Virus record (IMG/VR): IMGVR_UViG_3300042905_003904
Coordinates: 65,223 to 129,222 of that record
DNA length: 64,000 nt
Source: a virus
Direction: 5' to 3' (one strand)
Shown here one piece after another: positions 47,360-57,194 of this stretch (position 1 is its first letter; the number at the start of each line of letters is the position of its first letter). Both the position numbers and the translations under genes were made by a program. The notes beneath the pieces were generated by a model. That model ran no database searches and was not told the DNA's origin. It worked only from the letters and a program-made list of their open reading frames with translations.

Positions 47360-47495
47360 CGCAAATTGAGGTGTGCTTGCTTACACTACATAGTAGAACT
47401 ACTACATCACTTACCATTCCGTTCTGGTGCCTACGTGCTGTAGGATCGCTTTTTATGTGGTTTGTAGCACCACTGAATGCATTTTTAAATTTGCG
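47360..47495 (-). ncRNA. candidate ~135-nt RNA, first unit after the attenuator
   Basis: Closed by CGCAAATT/AATTTGCG. Confidence 0.3.
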
Positions 47496-47498
47496 AAC

Positions 47499-47524
47499 AA
47501 AAAACCCGACCTTTCGATCGGGTT
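47499..47524 (-). terminator. intrinsic terminator (attenuator) at the head of the tRNA array
   Basis: AACCCGATC-GAAA-GGTCGGGTT-TTTT on minus. Confidence 0.88.
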
Positions 47525-47572
47525 CTCTAAAGTCTGACTACTTCTTTACAATTTTCAGACTTTAGAGAACCC
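47520..47572 (-). promoter_or_regulatory. antiterminator hairpin, mutually exclusive with the terminator
   Basis: Perfect 18-bp inverted repeat GGGTTCTCTAAAGTCTGA/TCAGACTTTAGAGAACCC; the 3' arm shares AACCC with the terminator 5' arm. Confidence 0.8.
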
Positions 47573-47689
47573 TTCGGCTAACGTTGGATTAAAGAGCGCG
47601 GGTTGCTTCCCTTCAATCGACCAGCCGCGAGCATCACATCCCACTATATGGGTTTGATAACTTTTTGAACTGGAGACTACTGCTTTCAT
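47555..47689 (-). CDS. putative 44-aa leader peptide containing all 20 amino acids
   Basis: MKAVVSSSKSYQTHIVGCDARGWSIEGKQPALFNPTLAEGFSKV*; last codons and TGA form the antiterminator 5' arm; TAAATA 13 nt upstream. Confidence 0.75.
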   Translation of the reverse strand: MKAVVSSSKSYQTHIVGCDARGWSIEGKQPALFNPTLAEGFSKV

Positions 47690-47702
47690 TTACTGTTACT
47701 AT

Positions 47703-47730
47703 TATTTACCATTTAATCGGGAATTTCAAC
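47703..47730 (-). promoter_or_regulatory. putative promoter of the leader and tRNA array
   Basis: TTGAAATTCCC...TGG-TAAATA upstream of the leader ATG; TAAATA precedes many genes here. Confidence 0.5.
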
Positions 47731-47829
47731 AAACTTTCTTTGAATTTGTTTTGTTCTTCAACTACTTGGCTCATTTAACTTCTTCTAATATCTAGGAGTT
47801 TCAGGGAAACTGCAACGGGAATTTTAAAA

Positions 47830-48318
47830 TTAAGTGACTTTTCCACCGATTCGACCTTTTGCTGTTCGGAACCGTCCATTTGCCGTCACCTGTTTCAAAT
47901 TCTTGAAAAGAACCTGCTGCAACTCTGCAACTAGTTGATCTTTGTCTGCAATCGGCATTTTCAATTTTTCCAAGTCCGTCACTACATTTTGAACAGCGCT
48001 ATTAATATATGATCGATATTTCGCTTCTTGCGACATCCGAGAAGCGCCTTCTTTTTGGGAAGTTCCTGCTTTTTGTAATGATTGTGCTTTTTGTCCCCAT
48101 TTACTTCTGGATAGATCGTGTCCAACCACTTTTCCGACGCCTGCTGCTGCTTTGTTCAAAACACTCCCAGCCGCTTGTTTGGCGCTTCCCGCAATTTGGT
48201 GCCCTGCTCCTTTTGCTGCTGCGATGGCTTGGGATCCCCGAGCTTTAAGACGGTCCCACAATCCTTCCTGAACTAATTGATAGGCTTCTTCGAGAGGTTT
48301 TTGGTCTGGCTGGATCAT
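47830..48318 (-). CDS. Ala/Lys/Gly-rich protein, probable internal head protein
   Basis: LEEAY..VQEGLWDRLKAR N-terminus; TAAATA upstream. Confidence 0.6.
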   Translation of the reverse strand: MIQPDQKPLEEAYQLVQEGLWDRLKARGSQAIAAAKGAGHQIAGSAKQAAGSVLNKAAAGVGKVVGHDLSRSKWGQKAQSLQKAGTSQKEGASRMSQEAKYRSYINSAVQNVVTDLEKLKMPIADKDQLVAELQQVLFKNLKQVTANGRFRTAKGRIGGKVT

Positions 48319-48520
48319 AAGACTATTTATCCAACCAACTACCTATAAATCCAACCAGTCCAAATCAATCACAGTTTCCCTGGAATGCTTATCAACGCGG
48401 ATGATCGCTGTGTGGGAATGGTTTAAAATTTCTACAACCTCTACAATCATTCCTACCTGATAAGGAACTGCTTTGTTCTTTTCATTGATCCGACCCTGCC
48501 GAAATGTGGTTTGTTTCATA

Positions 48521-48913
48521 TTAACAGTCTTTGCAGAGGCCGTCTCTTGTAACCGGACCATTACCACAATTTTCACACGGCTCTCCTATTTGCGGCTTAT
48601 AGATGTCATCCAATTTGTGATGCAGCATTAAAATATAGTCTTCCACAGAACTTCCACGATTCTTTACAAATGAAGCCATTTCTTCTGGATTATTTCGGGC
48701 ATGAACGCCTTGAGCAATTTCTAAAAGGTGTTCTAAACTTTCCCTGTCTTCCGCTGATTCTTCCACCTGAGAGGCTCTTTCATCTACTTCACACTTACCA
48801 CAGAACCCAGATTCATTCGCCTCGGCATCACAATTCTCACACTTTTTCTTCTTTTCTTTGGGCATTGCATCGTCCGTGGTTTCTTCGATAATATCTAAAA
48901 TGCTCTTTTTCAT
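48521..48913 (-). CDS. protein with two small Cys4 motifs
   Basis: CENC...CGKC and CENC...CKDC. Confidence 0.6.
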   Translation of the reverse strand: MKKSILDIIEETTDDAMPKEKKKKCENCDAEANESGFCGKCEVDERASQVEESAEDRESLEHLLEIAQGVHARNNPEEMASFVKNRGSSVEDYILMLHHKLDDIYKPQIGEPCENCGNGPVTRDGLCKDC

Positions 48914-48966
48914 CTATCTTATTTAGTTTCATTTCCTGCTAATTTACTATAAATATAAGTTATACT

Positions 48967-50643
48967 ATGTATTTTGACACAGAAATTCGGAAACAGCACG
49001 TTCTTTTGGAATCGACCAAAAAAGAACCGCGAGCACATTTGTCCCATCTTGAGGACCTTTCTATTGAATCTGGGAAAGAAGGATTTGAAGAATTTGGGAT
49101 GCATGTGGGTGAAATTTTGAAGAGGGTCGAGGGGCTGGAATCCGAACAACACATCGGAGAGAAGATTGATGGAAGTATGTCTGTGTATTTTGGAATTGAT
49201 CCTCGCCCCACTTTCAAAGGACAATTTAGTGTGGCCACCAAATCGGCGCTTTCCAAGGAACCCAAATTGATTCATTCCTTGGACGAAATTGAAGCTCTTT
49301 ACCCGGATAAAAATGAAACATTCAAAACCCATTTAGCCGAAGTTTTCACCAATCTACAAAAGGCCTATGATTATAGTGGAAAGATTTATATGGGGGATTT
49401 GCTGTTTTCCAGTGGCCGACAGAAAAGAACCACAGAGATTGATGGGGTTCCATATCTTTATTTCAAACCGAATACGCTGGTTTATGCGGTGGAAGAGGAT
49501 CCAAAATCTGAATTATATAATCGTCTGAAGGATGCTTCTTTGGGTATTTTTATTCATGATTCATATACCGCAGAATCTAAAGAAGGGAAATTGTCCCTAA
49601 CATCTGCTGGGAAAAATATAGACGGCTTGATTCAAAAGGGAAAGGAGAATGGGGTATTTATTGAAGGTTCCCACATTGAAAATGTAAACCTAAAGGTTCC
49701 GAAGAAAACATATAATTTAATTCAACGGCTAATGAAGAAATTGGATAAGGAAAAGAATAGTATTCCCGCTGAATTTGATGCGTATTGGGGTAGCTCACCG
49801 GCATTAGATCGGATGAAGAAATATATTAATCAGCAGATTCATCTACCAGACGGGGGCATCTTTGGTAATTCTGGCCGTAGTTTCAATGCCTATAAGATTC
49901 TAGAAGAATTCGTTCCATTCATCCGCGGCTCTTATAAAAATCACAAGAATGCAGAACTGGTGGTTTCTACCTTGAAAAAATTCGAAGAACCCTTTGTCCA
50001 TCTCTTAAAGAGTTTTTACTGGATGCTACAAATCAAAAACCAACTGCTGGATTTGTTTGACCAGGTGGAATCCAAAATTGGTAAGACCTTTATCCAACAA
50101 GAAGATGGAAGTTTTGTTCCGACAAGAGGGGAAGGCTTTGTCTTTATGCACCAAGGAAAATATGTGAAACTGGTAGATCGGCTAAGCTTCACTAAAAACA
50201 ATAAAATCTTCGGCAGATTCAACGAATCATTGAAGGTGGTATTAGAATACAACCAGGATAAAAAACTGAAAGGTTCTTACTGTTGGATGGATAAGACTGG
50301 AAAATTTTATTATTTTGAACAAGGGGAGGAACATCATGGAGATGCTGCAATCCGAATCTTACAAGACCATTTTCCTCAGATATATAAGTCTCTCAAATTC
50401 AATCAGGATTCGGATGCCCCAATTTATGATGCCCTGTTCAATTTAGGGTTTATTCGCATAGCATCCCATGATGATAAAACCTATCTAATTCAGTCGCCTA
50501 AACCTCCCACACCTCCTCAGCGGCGAAGTGTTATTGATTTTTGTATTGAAGCCGGATTTCAAACTATTGAATGGGATTCTTATAGTTGGACTGGAAGAGA
50601 TAGCCGAATCATTTGGCAAAACGAATCTGCTGGAGTTTCCTAA
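48967..50643 (+). CDS. large phage protein with ligase-like KxDG motif
   Basis: HLSHLED...EKIDGS...GDLLF...FKPNTLVY...GEGFV...KLVDRLSF; TATAAATA upstream. Confidence 0.65.
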   Translation: MYFDTEIRKQHVLLESTKKEPRAHLSHLEDLSIESGKEGFEEFGMHVGEILKRVEGLESEQHIGEKIDGSMSVYFGIDPRPTFKGQFSVATKSALSKEPKLIHSLDEIEALYPDKNETFKTHLAEVFTNLQKAYDYSGKIYMGDLLFSSGRQKRTTEIDGVPYLYFKPNTLVYAVEEDPKSELYNRLKDASLGIFIHDSYTAESKEGKLSLTSAGKNIDGLIQKGKENGVFIEGSHIENVNLKVPKKTYNLIQRLMKKLDKEKNSIPAEFDAYWGSSPALDRMKKYINQQIHLPDGGIFGNSGRSFNAYKILEEFVPFIRGSYKNHKNAELVVSTLKKFEEPFVHLLKSFYWMLQIKNQLLDLFDQVESKIGKTFIQQEDGSFVPTRGEGFVFMHQGKYVKLVDRLSFTKNNKIFGRFNESLKVVLEYNQDKKLKGSYCWMDKTGKFYYFEQGEEHHGDAAIRILQDHFPQIYKSLKFNQDSDAPIYDALFNLGFIRIASHDDKTYLIQSPKPPTPPQRRSVIDFCIEAGFQTIEWDSYSWTGRDSRIIWQNESAGVS

Positions 50644-50683
50644 GAATTTTCTATATTATTAGTCAAAATAAAACTAATAATAT

Positions 50684-51367
50684 ATGGGCGGCAATATTTG
50701 GTCCACAGAGACTCGCAGAGTAACTAAACAAGAAGCACTAATCACCATTGAGTGGTTGCAATACCTTGTGGGTATTCCTCTAAAGGATAATATGCTGGGT
50801 TCTACGGGATTGGTAGAGACTTCCGGGGATATTGATTTGGGTGTAGAACTTCGTAATATTTCCAAAGTAGTATTGAGGGAAAAGTTAGAGAAGTGGATTT
50901 ATCTAGCACATCCAAAAGCCGATCTTAAACATTGGTTAAAAAATAGTGGTATCAATTTGCATTTTAAAACACCTATTTGTGGAGCCCGGTGGAATGGTTT
51001 TGTCCAGACCGACTTTATGTTTGGGGATGATTTGGAATGGATGAAATTTGCATATCGAGCCAATATTCCAGAAGGTTCTCCCTATAAAGGATTTCATCGG
51101 CATATTCTGATGTCTAGTATTATCAAAGCCATTAACCCTGAATGGAAATGGAATCAGAACATTGGAATAGTTCGCAGGGCGAAACCAGTTGATACTATCA
51201 TTACCACCAACCCAGAAGGCATTGCCCTGCTTCTTCTAGGGCCTGGTGCAAAAGTGTCTGATTTGGACAACGTAGAGTCTATTATGAAGGCGCTTGAAAA
51301 TGATCCAATCCGAGACCTAAAAGTTAAAGACTTTGTAGATAACATTGCTAAACACCCATTGAAATGA
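50684..51367 (+). CDS. Pol-beta-superfamily nucleotidyltransferase
   Basis: MGGN, LGSTG...SGDIDL, VQTDFM, YKG..RH. Confidence 0.7.
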   Translation: MGGNIWSTETRRVTKQEALITIEWLQYLVGIPLKDNMLGSTGLVETSGDIDLGVELRNISKVVLREKLEKWIYLAHPKADLKHWLKNSGINLHFKTPICGARWNGFVQTDFMFGDDLEWMKFAYRANIPEGSPYKGFHRHILMSSIIKAINPEWKWNQNIGIVRRAKPVDTIITTNPEGIALLLLGPGAKVSDLDNVESIMKALENDPIRDLKVKDFVDNIAKHPLK

Positions 51368-51954
51368 ATACTAAGACTTTTGGATTATTTCCTGGATCCT
51401 TTAAGCCTCCGCACAAGGGACATTTTAATGCCATTAAAGAAGCGGCCTTGTCCATGGATGGTTGGCTGTTTGTAATTATTTCCCCCAAGCCTCGTATTGA
51501 TAGTGTTAGTGGACAATCATCTACTTTAGAAGATGCTTTAACTGTGTGGGAAATCTATCGAGAACATCTCCCCAAAAATGTGCAAATTATGACCGCGAAG
51601 TATTCTCCGGTTACTACGGTATACCAAACCATTTCCCGTTTGGTAGATGATACATTAAGCATTGAAGAGTCCGCCGAACTTATAACCGAACAAATTCGAT
51701 CCAATTCCAAACAAACAGCAATCGTGTTTGCATCAGACGATGATTTGGAGCGGTTTGGTCGATTGAAATCTACCCCACAAATATCAATTGTCGTTAATCC
51801 CGTGGAAGCCTTTAATTTTGGTGATGTCAAAATTAGCTCCAGTAATTTGCGGCACTTAATTGCAACCAAGCACGCTCATGAGGTTCTTAAATTTATGCCA
51901 GAAGAACTTTCTATAAAACAAAGAAAACAAATTCTTAGTATTTGGCTTAACTGA
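51364..51954 (+). CDS. HxGH cytidylyl/adenylyltransferase-like protein
   Basis: FPGSFKPPHKGH...ISSSNLR. Confidence 0.85.
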   Translation: MNTKTFGLFPGSFKPPHKGHFNAIKEAALSMDGWLFVIISPKPRIDSVSGQSSTLEDALTVWEIYREHLPKNVQIMTAKYSPVTTVYQTISRLVDDTLSIEESAELITEQIRSNSKQTAIVFASDDDLERFGRLKSTPQISIVVNPVEAFNFGDVKISSSNLRHLIATKHAHEVLKFMPEELSIKQRKQILSIWLN

Positions 51955-53203
51955 AATCCGCCATCGCAACTCTTTTAGTTAAGTCGAAATATTGTTGGAC
52001 AATTTGTTTATTAGCCATAGCTCCTTCTTGGGTGTTTGGGTCTTTGGTGGGTAATCCTAAATTTCTCAAAGCTAAATAAACTTTCATAGGATTGACTGCT
52101 AGAAGAGGGCCGAAGATATAATTCCAATCAGCAAAAAAAGCTGACAGTCGTCGGACATTTTGTCTTTCTTGTGGTTCTATTAGTCGTTCTTGGCCAGATT
52201 TGGTATTGTCTAAGATTTGTTTGACTGTGCTCAAAAACACCGGAACAGTAATGCCGTTACGTTTTAATATCTGCAATACCTCGATACCACCACCAACTTC
52301 ACTAGTTAGATGGGTGGGGGTTAAATTATGATCTCTATCGGTTAAAGTTTCTGTAAATTGTTTACCCCTCAATAGCACCTCGTAAAGGTTTTGTTTGGCT
52401 GGCGTTCGTTGTCTTAATTGTTGTCTTAATTCTTGTGGGGTGTCCTGCCTTAAAACCTTTAGGTATTCTTTAACTGATTTGGAGATAGGATTCAAATCGT
52501 AAACGGACTTAGAATAACGCTTTAAGTCTACCCAGTAAAACAACCAACGTTCATCATACCCTTTAAATTTATCTAGAACGGAATTGGTATTATGCGCCAG
52601 ATCCACAAAGTGATCCAAAGCTTTATAGAAGGGGGTAAAGATTTTCTGGTTCAGAGCTTTGCCGATTTTTAAGACGGCTTTGGTGATATCAGCCCATGCC
52701 TCGCCGCCATAATCCGGTTGCCAGCTCAGGCGTTCGAATGCAGCGATCATAACCTCCAAAGTTAAATTAGAACCTTGCTGTTTGAATATTTTTTGAGTGT
52801 TGATAAAATTAACAGGTTCCTTTTCTGTCCAAGCATTTACCAAGAAATTGTTCAAGGATCTCCATAAAACTCGCATTGTCCTGGCGTTTTTAATATGTAG
52901 AACAGATAACAATCTATCCATATCATTTTTATCTGAATGAGAATGCCCAAAATCAGCAGTTGTCATAATTTGAAATTCGTCAGTTTCCATTATATGCAGA
53001 AATTCTCGGGTTAAAATGTCTAGAATTTCCGGCCATGCTTCGGTTTGAAACCGCCGCAAAATATCATCCGCCGTAATTTTTTGCAGTCTTTGCCCGTATT
53101 CTTCAGTTGTATTAGGTGCCGAGGCCATCGCATAAATATCATTTAACAAGGTGTGGTTTAGGTCTTCTTGGAGAATGAAGGTTTGAAGAGAGGGGATTTT
53201 CAT
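51947..53203 (-). CDS. hypothetical protein
   Basis: 418-aa ORF; W..DYGGEAWADI...D...DLAHNT motif. Confidence 0.6.
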   Translation of the reverse strand: MKIPSLQTFILQEDLNHTLLNDIYAMASAPNTTEEYGQRLQKITADDILRRFQTEAWPEILDILTREFLHIMETDEFQIMTTADFGHSHSDKNDMDRLLSVLHIKNARTMRVLWRSLNNFLVNAWTEKEPVNFINTQKIFKQQGSNLTLEVMIAAFERLSWQPDYGGEAWADITKAVLKIGKALNQKIFTPFYKALDHFVDLAHNTNSVLDKFKGYDERWLFYWVDLKRYSKSVYDLNPISKSVKEYLKVLRQDTPQELRQQLRQRTPAKQNLYEVLLRGKQFTETLTDRDHNLTPTHLTSEVGGGIEVLQILKRNGITVPVFLSTVKQILDNTKSGQERLIEPQERQNVRRLSAFFADWNYIFGPLLAVNPMKVYLALRNLGLPTKDPNTQEGAMANKQIVQQYFDLTKRVAMADFS

Positions 53204-54273
53204 TTTTTAAGTAATTTAAATTCGGTTGGAATTACATATCCTTTAGTATTACGGATTTCGGCCCGAATTTTAGTAGGATTGGGTTCATGGATATTTATCG
53301 CCATATCTACACTACACTGCTTACTCTTTTCCTTTTCGGTGTGATAATACGGATAGCTAATTTGTGTAACTCCTACATTAGGAACATATTCCGTCAATTT
53401 GGACAGAGTGGTTAAATCGATAATTTGATACTCAGATTTTCGCTGTTCTCGGATATACCAATAACCATATCCAAAACCAGACCGCAAATAGGTTAATACT
53501 TGTTCTGGGTTAATTTGGGGAAATAGATTTACCTCTTTAGCATAATAGGTCTTTTGTTGATAAGCATTGCATCCATTGGCTATCTTTTGTTTATCTATTC
53601 CAAAGGCATAAAAAATACCGTCTACCGAAGACGGCTGTGGGATAATGAAGTTATTCTCCATTCTAAATGCTTTACCTATCCCATTATTGGAGAATGTAGA
53701 CCCTTCTACGTTTTTCAAACTAAGATAAACCGTTTCTCCATTTAATAATGTTAAAGAAAGATCGGCTATAATAGAGCCCACATTCTCTAAAGACAAACTA
53801 AGATTCCTTTTAGGCGGATATAGGTTGGGTTTCTTTACTTCTATCGGCAGCAGGGGATGATTTAATTCTAAGCTAACCGCTTGAAATTTGGCTAAACTAA
53901 TTAAGATGGGATTCGACCCAATGGTTTTAGAAAGAATATCTTGTTTGATATGGTCTTCCGTTTTAAGTTCAAAATGGTGTCCCGCATTACCACACCCAGC
54001 AAACACTAACTTATAATCCCCAAAAGTAGTAATATCCTTTACCCTATAAGTTAGAAATTTAGAAGACGCAGATTCTTGTTCTTTTGGGGGCAAAACTACT
54101 AAGATTTCGCATTGGGCTCTGGAAAGGATATTAAAAATATCCAGCTCCTTATCTTTATAGTTCGTCTTATTAAACCGCAGTGCTCCTTTTTTAACAGCAC
54201 CAAATTTAAGTTTTCCTTGAGACCCTTCTATAATCCTTTGAACTATAGCTTGAAACTTGAGAGGAACTCTCAT
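53200..54273 (-). CDS. putative PD-(D/E)XK restriction-fold nuclease
   Basis: NAGHHFE...IADLSL...YLSLK. Confidence 0.5.
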   Translation of the reverse strand: MRVPLKFQAIVQRIIEGSQGKLKFGAVKKGALRFNKTNYKDKELDIFNILSRAQCEILVVLPPKEQESASSKFLTYRVKDITTFGDYKLVFAGCGNAGHHFELKTEDHIKQDILSKTIGSNPILISLAKFQAVSLELNHPLLPIEVKKPNLYPPKRNLSLSLENVGSIIADLSLTLLNGETVYLSLKNVEGSTFSNNGIGKAFRMENNFIIPQPSSVDGIFYAFGIDKQKIANGCNAYQQKTYYAKEVNLFPQINPEQVLTYLRSGFGYGYWYIREQRKSEYQIIDLTTLSKLTEYVPNVGVTQISYPYYHTEKEKSKQCSVDMAINIHEPNPTKIRAEIRNTKGYVIPTEFKLLKK

Positions 54274-54285
54274 TCATCGGAAAAC

Positions 54286-55236
54286 TCAGTTGGACGCAGT
54301 TGCTGCAGTCCATTTGACGCTATTAAATGCACTTAGATCAGAGCCACCTGCATAACTAATAGCCGATTGTAAGGATTGTTTGATTTCCTTGAGCTTTTCT
54401 ACCAAGGTTAGTGGGTTTAATTCCATTTCGATTTTAGTGCCTTCGACATGGTTTCGTTCCCCCTTTTGAGCAAAGGAAGCTGACCCCCAATATTCTTTCT
54501 TGCCGTGCTTATTGATTGGGGCTGGAGAATCAGAACAATTAGCAAAGATCGAACCAGCCATTACCATGGTTGCTCCTGCTACTAATGCTTTAGCAATATC
54601 CCCGTTGTGCCTAATGCCTCCGTCTGCAATCACCGGAAGCGGAGAAGATTTACACACTTCCAACAAAGTAGAAAACATAGGAGTGTGGAATCCGGTTTCT
54701 AAAAAACTGGTGCAAACTTTTCCCGGCCCGATGCCGCATTTTATAGCATCTGCTCCCCACTCCGTCAAATTTTCAGCTGCTTGCACAGTAGCAATATTTC
54801 CAGCGATAATAAAAGCTTTAGGACAAGTCTTCCGAACAAACTTAATCATTTGTTTAACCAACAAATGATGCCCATGAGCGACGTCAATAGTCACATAATC
54901 TGGTTTACGTTCTCTACTAAGAAGTTCCAGCCACTCTTGAGATTCATTTCCAACCCCAACACTACAACTAGCATAAGGTAGCCCCCTACACACATCTCTG
55001 GTAAACATGTGGTTACGAACAGAGGAATCCCCAAATCGATGCATGATATAAAAATAGTTATTCTTAGCCAAATAATCCACCCATTCATCTCCAATGGTAG
55101 TAACCATATTAGCAGGGATTACTGGTAAGGCAAATCTTCGACCACCAAATTCTACAGAAGTATCAGCATAACTTCGAGTGGCTAGTTCTGAGTAATTGGG
55201 GATTAATGAAATGTCCGAATATTCTAAAGCGTTCAT
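54286..55236 (-). CDS. guaC: GMP reductase
   Basis: LPVIPANM, YIMHRF, TIDVAHGH, IAGNIAT, GIGPGKVC, IADGGIRHNGDIAKAL, YWGSAS, VEG; no CBS domains. Confidence 0.9.
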   Translation of the reverse strand: MNALEYSDISLIPNYSELATRSYADTSVEFGGRRFALPVIPANMVTTIGDEWVDYLAKNNYFYIMHRFGDSSVRNHMFTRDVCRGLPYASCSVGVGNESQEWLELLSRERKPDYVTIDVAHGHHLLVKQMIKFVRKTCPKAFIIAGNIATVQAAENLTEWGADAIKCGIGPGKVCTSFLETGFHTPMFSTLLEVCKSSPLPVIADGGIRHNGDIAKALVAGATMVMAGSIFANCSDSPAPINKHGKKEYWGSASFAQKGERNHVEGTKIEMELNPLTLVEKLKEIKQSLQSAISYAGGSDLSAFNSVKWTAATASN

Positions 55237-56060
55237 CGAACCTCCATTTCTGTGGGGATTACCTTCAGGTGTAAAGAAGTCTTATTGCGACCCAAAGCAG
55301 CTAGGTTGTAGTAAAAATAAATACCCAATGATACTCCACGAACTTTGCACAAAGGACAGTTCTCCGGAATTTTGGCGTCCTTCTCATCGAAATCCACCCA
55401 CCACCGATGAGCTGAATTTTTCTTGCATTGATACTTTTGGCACTTGTTGTGTTTCATATTAAATTATCGACGGATGCCTGCTCTATCCTTTGCTGATTGC
55501 ATATTCTAGGGCTTCTAATTGTTGAATGATTTGGTTTTGAACTTTGAAATCTCCTCGTGCATTGGCCATGTCTTCTGCTCTAGTATAAATCCTAATCCAA
55601 TATTGTCTCGTGAGTTGTTTAAATTCTTTTAAGACCTTTTGAGCTTCTCTTTCGTTATCAAATTCCCACGGATCTGTTATTTGTAATAAATGAGGCCATG
55701 CTGTCGTTGCTATATTTTGATAATCCGTATTTAAGGGGCCACCTTCTCGACCCCAATCCATGGCGATTTGGAGAATAAATTTTCCATGATTATTTTTGAT
55801 TCTAAATTTCTCCAGTGCCATATCCTGAATGTCTAAAGTTTCCCCAAATCCACCCCAACACACAACTAAAGCTTCCTATGTTCTTTGATGGGAATAATAT
55901 TTGGATCTTGAATGGTTCTATCCACCTTACCAATATATTGTCCTCCTTGGTAATAAAATCGGACCCGATCTCCGGGCATCAATTTAAGTTCTGCGTCCTC
56001 TTCGGTTTGATCTATAAAAAAGACCCCGGCTTCTAACGTAATCTTGTCTTCTGGAATCAT
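55233..56060 (-). other. three small hypothetical genes
   Basis: ORFs 55233, 55483 and 55866 in a co-oriented run. Confidence 0.5.
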
Positions 56061-56090
56061 TTCAGTGGTTGGTGGTTTGCATGCTTTATA

Positions 56091-56498
56091 TTAACGGAAA
56101 ACTTGTTGGATATCAACGGCTGGAACGATAACTTCGCTTGGGTTAGTGTGAATTTTCTGGTTATTGTGAACATAAATTTGCAGCTCAAAATGCCTGGCCT
56201 CTTTAAGCATGTTCTTTGAACCGGGGGATTTTCCGTCCCATACCAGGATTAAAGCATCGCTGTATTCGGCCATGGCTATATTTCGACAAGGGCCTGCTTT
56301 GATTCCAAGTTTCTTCCAATCCGCAGGAAAGTATTTTACTGGGATCTTATTCAGTTTAGCCCATTCAGCACCGAACATATCTGGTCCTCTACATTCCCCA
56401 CAAACCACTTCAGTAATTTTGAATCCTGATCCCTTAATGGCTTCATAGACTACTTTAAAATCTGTAATGGTTCGGCTACCAGCAATAATGGTTTTCAT
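56091..56498 (-). CDS. SLOG-family (YspA-like) protein
   Basis: KTIIAGSR...EVVCGECRGPD...PADW...AGPCRN..MAEY...WDGKSPGSKNM. Confidence 0.85.
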   Translation of the reverse strand: MKTIIAGSRTITDFKVVYEAIKGSGFKITEVVCGECRGPDMFGAEWAKLNKIPVKYFPADWKKLGIKAGPCRNIAMAEYSDALILVWDGKSPGSKNMLKEARHFELQIYVHNNQKIHTNPSEVIVPAVDIQQVFR

Positions 56499-56511
56499 GC
56501 TTCCTTCCAAG

Positions 56512-56838
56512 TCATTTCGATACAATTTCTTTATCTCCATTAACCCACCCGTCTTGATAATCTGGCTGTTTGGGTGGTATAGTAATAACACGTTGTGCAT
56601 TAATACACACATCAGACCAGTTCATATTATTAGATGCCCAATCAATTAGTTCATCATCAGAATCCATAGTATAGGCAAATTCTTCATTAAAGATTCGTGT
56701 ATACAATTCGCCACCAATATTTCCTCTAGAATCTAAATTCGCGTAATATCTTGCTCTGGAATTGGCGATCGCAATAGCAGGAACATCCCACTGACTTTGA
56801 TCTGGCATTGTAACCCGTAGGTATTTTTCTTTCTTCAT
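56512..56838 (-). CDS. hypothetical phage protein
   Basis: MPD.SQWDVP...IA..RA.YY...DWASNNMNWSDV. Confidence 0.7.
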   Translation of the reverse strand: MKKEKYLRVTMPDQSQWDVPAIAIANSRARYYANLDSRGNIGGELYTRIFNEEFAYTMDSDDELIDWASNNMNWSDVCINAQRVITIPPKQPDYQDGWVNGDKEIVSK

Positions 56839-56840
56839 AT

Positions 56841-57194
56841 TTATTCAGCTGTTCGGCCATTTTTTGTTGCAGCGATGGCCGTGCGGGTCTGTCCGTGAGT
56901 TCCATCGTTCGCCTCAGAATGACACTCTCCCAAGAAAGCATCGAGCGTTGGCTTGTTGTCCTCCATGAACTCGGATTCAGCCGCTTCCCGCATGATGCGG
57001 TAGTAAGCGACGATTCGAGGTCTGTGGAGCGATCCCTGCTTGACCAACTTTCGACATATCCACCTCAAAAGAAGGCGAACAAGTCGGTCGAGAGCAACGG
57101 GCGGGGCGGTTCGTGGCGTTAAGTGCTTTTCGTTACATCCCATCAGTGGGTGGTGGTCGTGTCCGCAGTTTTCGCAGTAGGGATGCTTTATCAT
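56841..57194 (-). CDS. hypothetical protein in a GC-rich patch
   Basis: Start MIKHPYCENC chosen (ATGA overlap with the upstream stop). Confidence 0.55.
   Translation of the reverse strand: MIKHPYCENCGHDHHPLMGCNEKHLTPRTAPPVALDRLVRLLLRWICRKLVKQGSLHRPRIVAYYRIMREAAESEFMEDNKPTLDAFLGECHSEANDGTHGQTRTAIAATKNGRTAE

Noticed and set aside
40320-47565. Track ORFs overlapping tRNAs (e.g. 40320, 40591, 41226, 42918, 44339, 44693, 44844, 45720, 45988, 46227, 46859, 47122)
   Set aside because: Chance frames across RNA genes; no protein motifs
54286-55236. IMP dehydrogenase
   Set aside because: Short, lacks CBS domains, and PANM/YIMHRF motifs fit GuaC better
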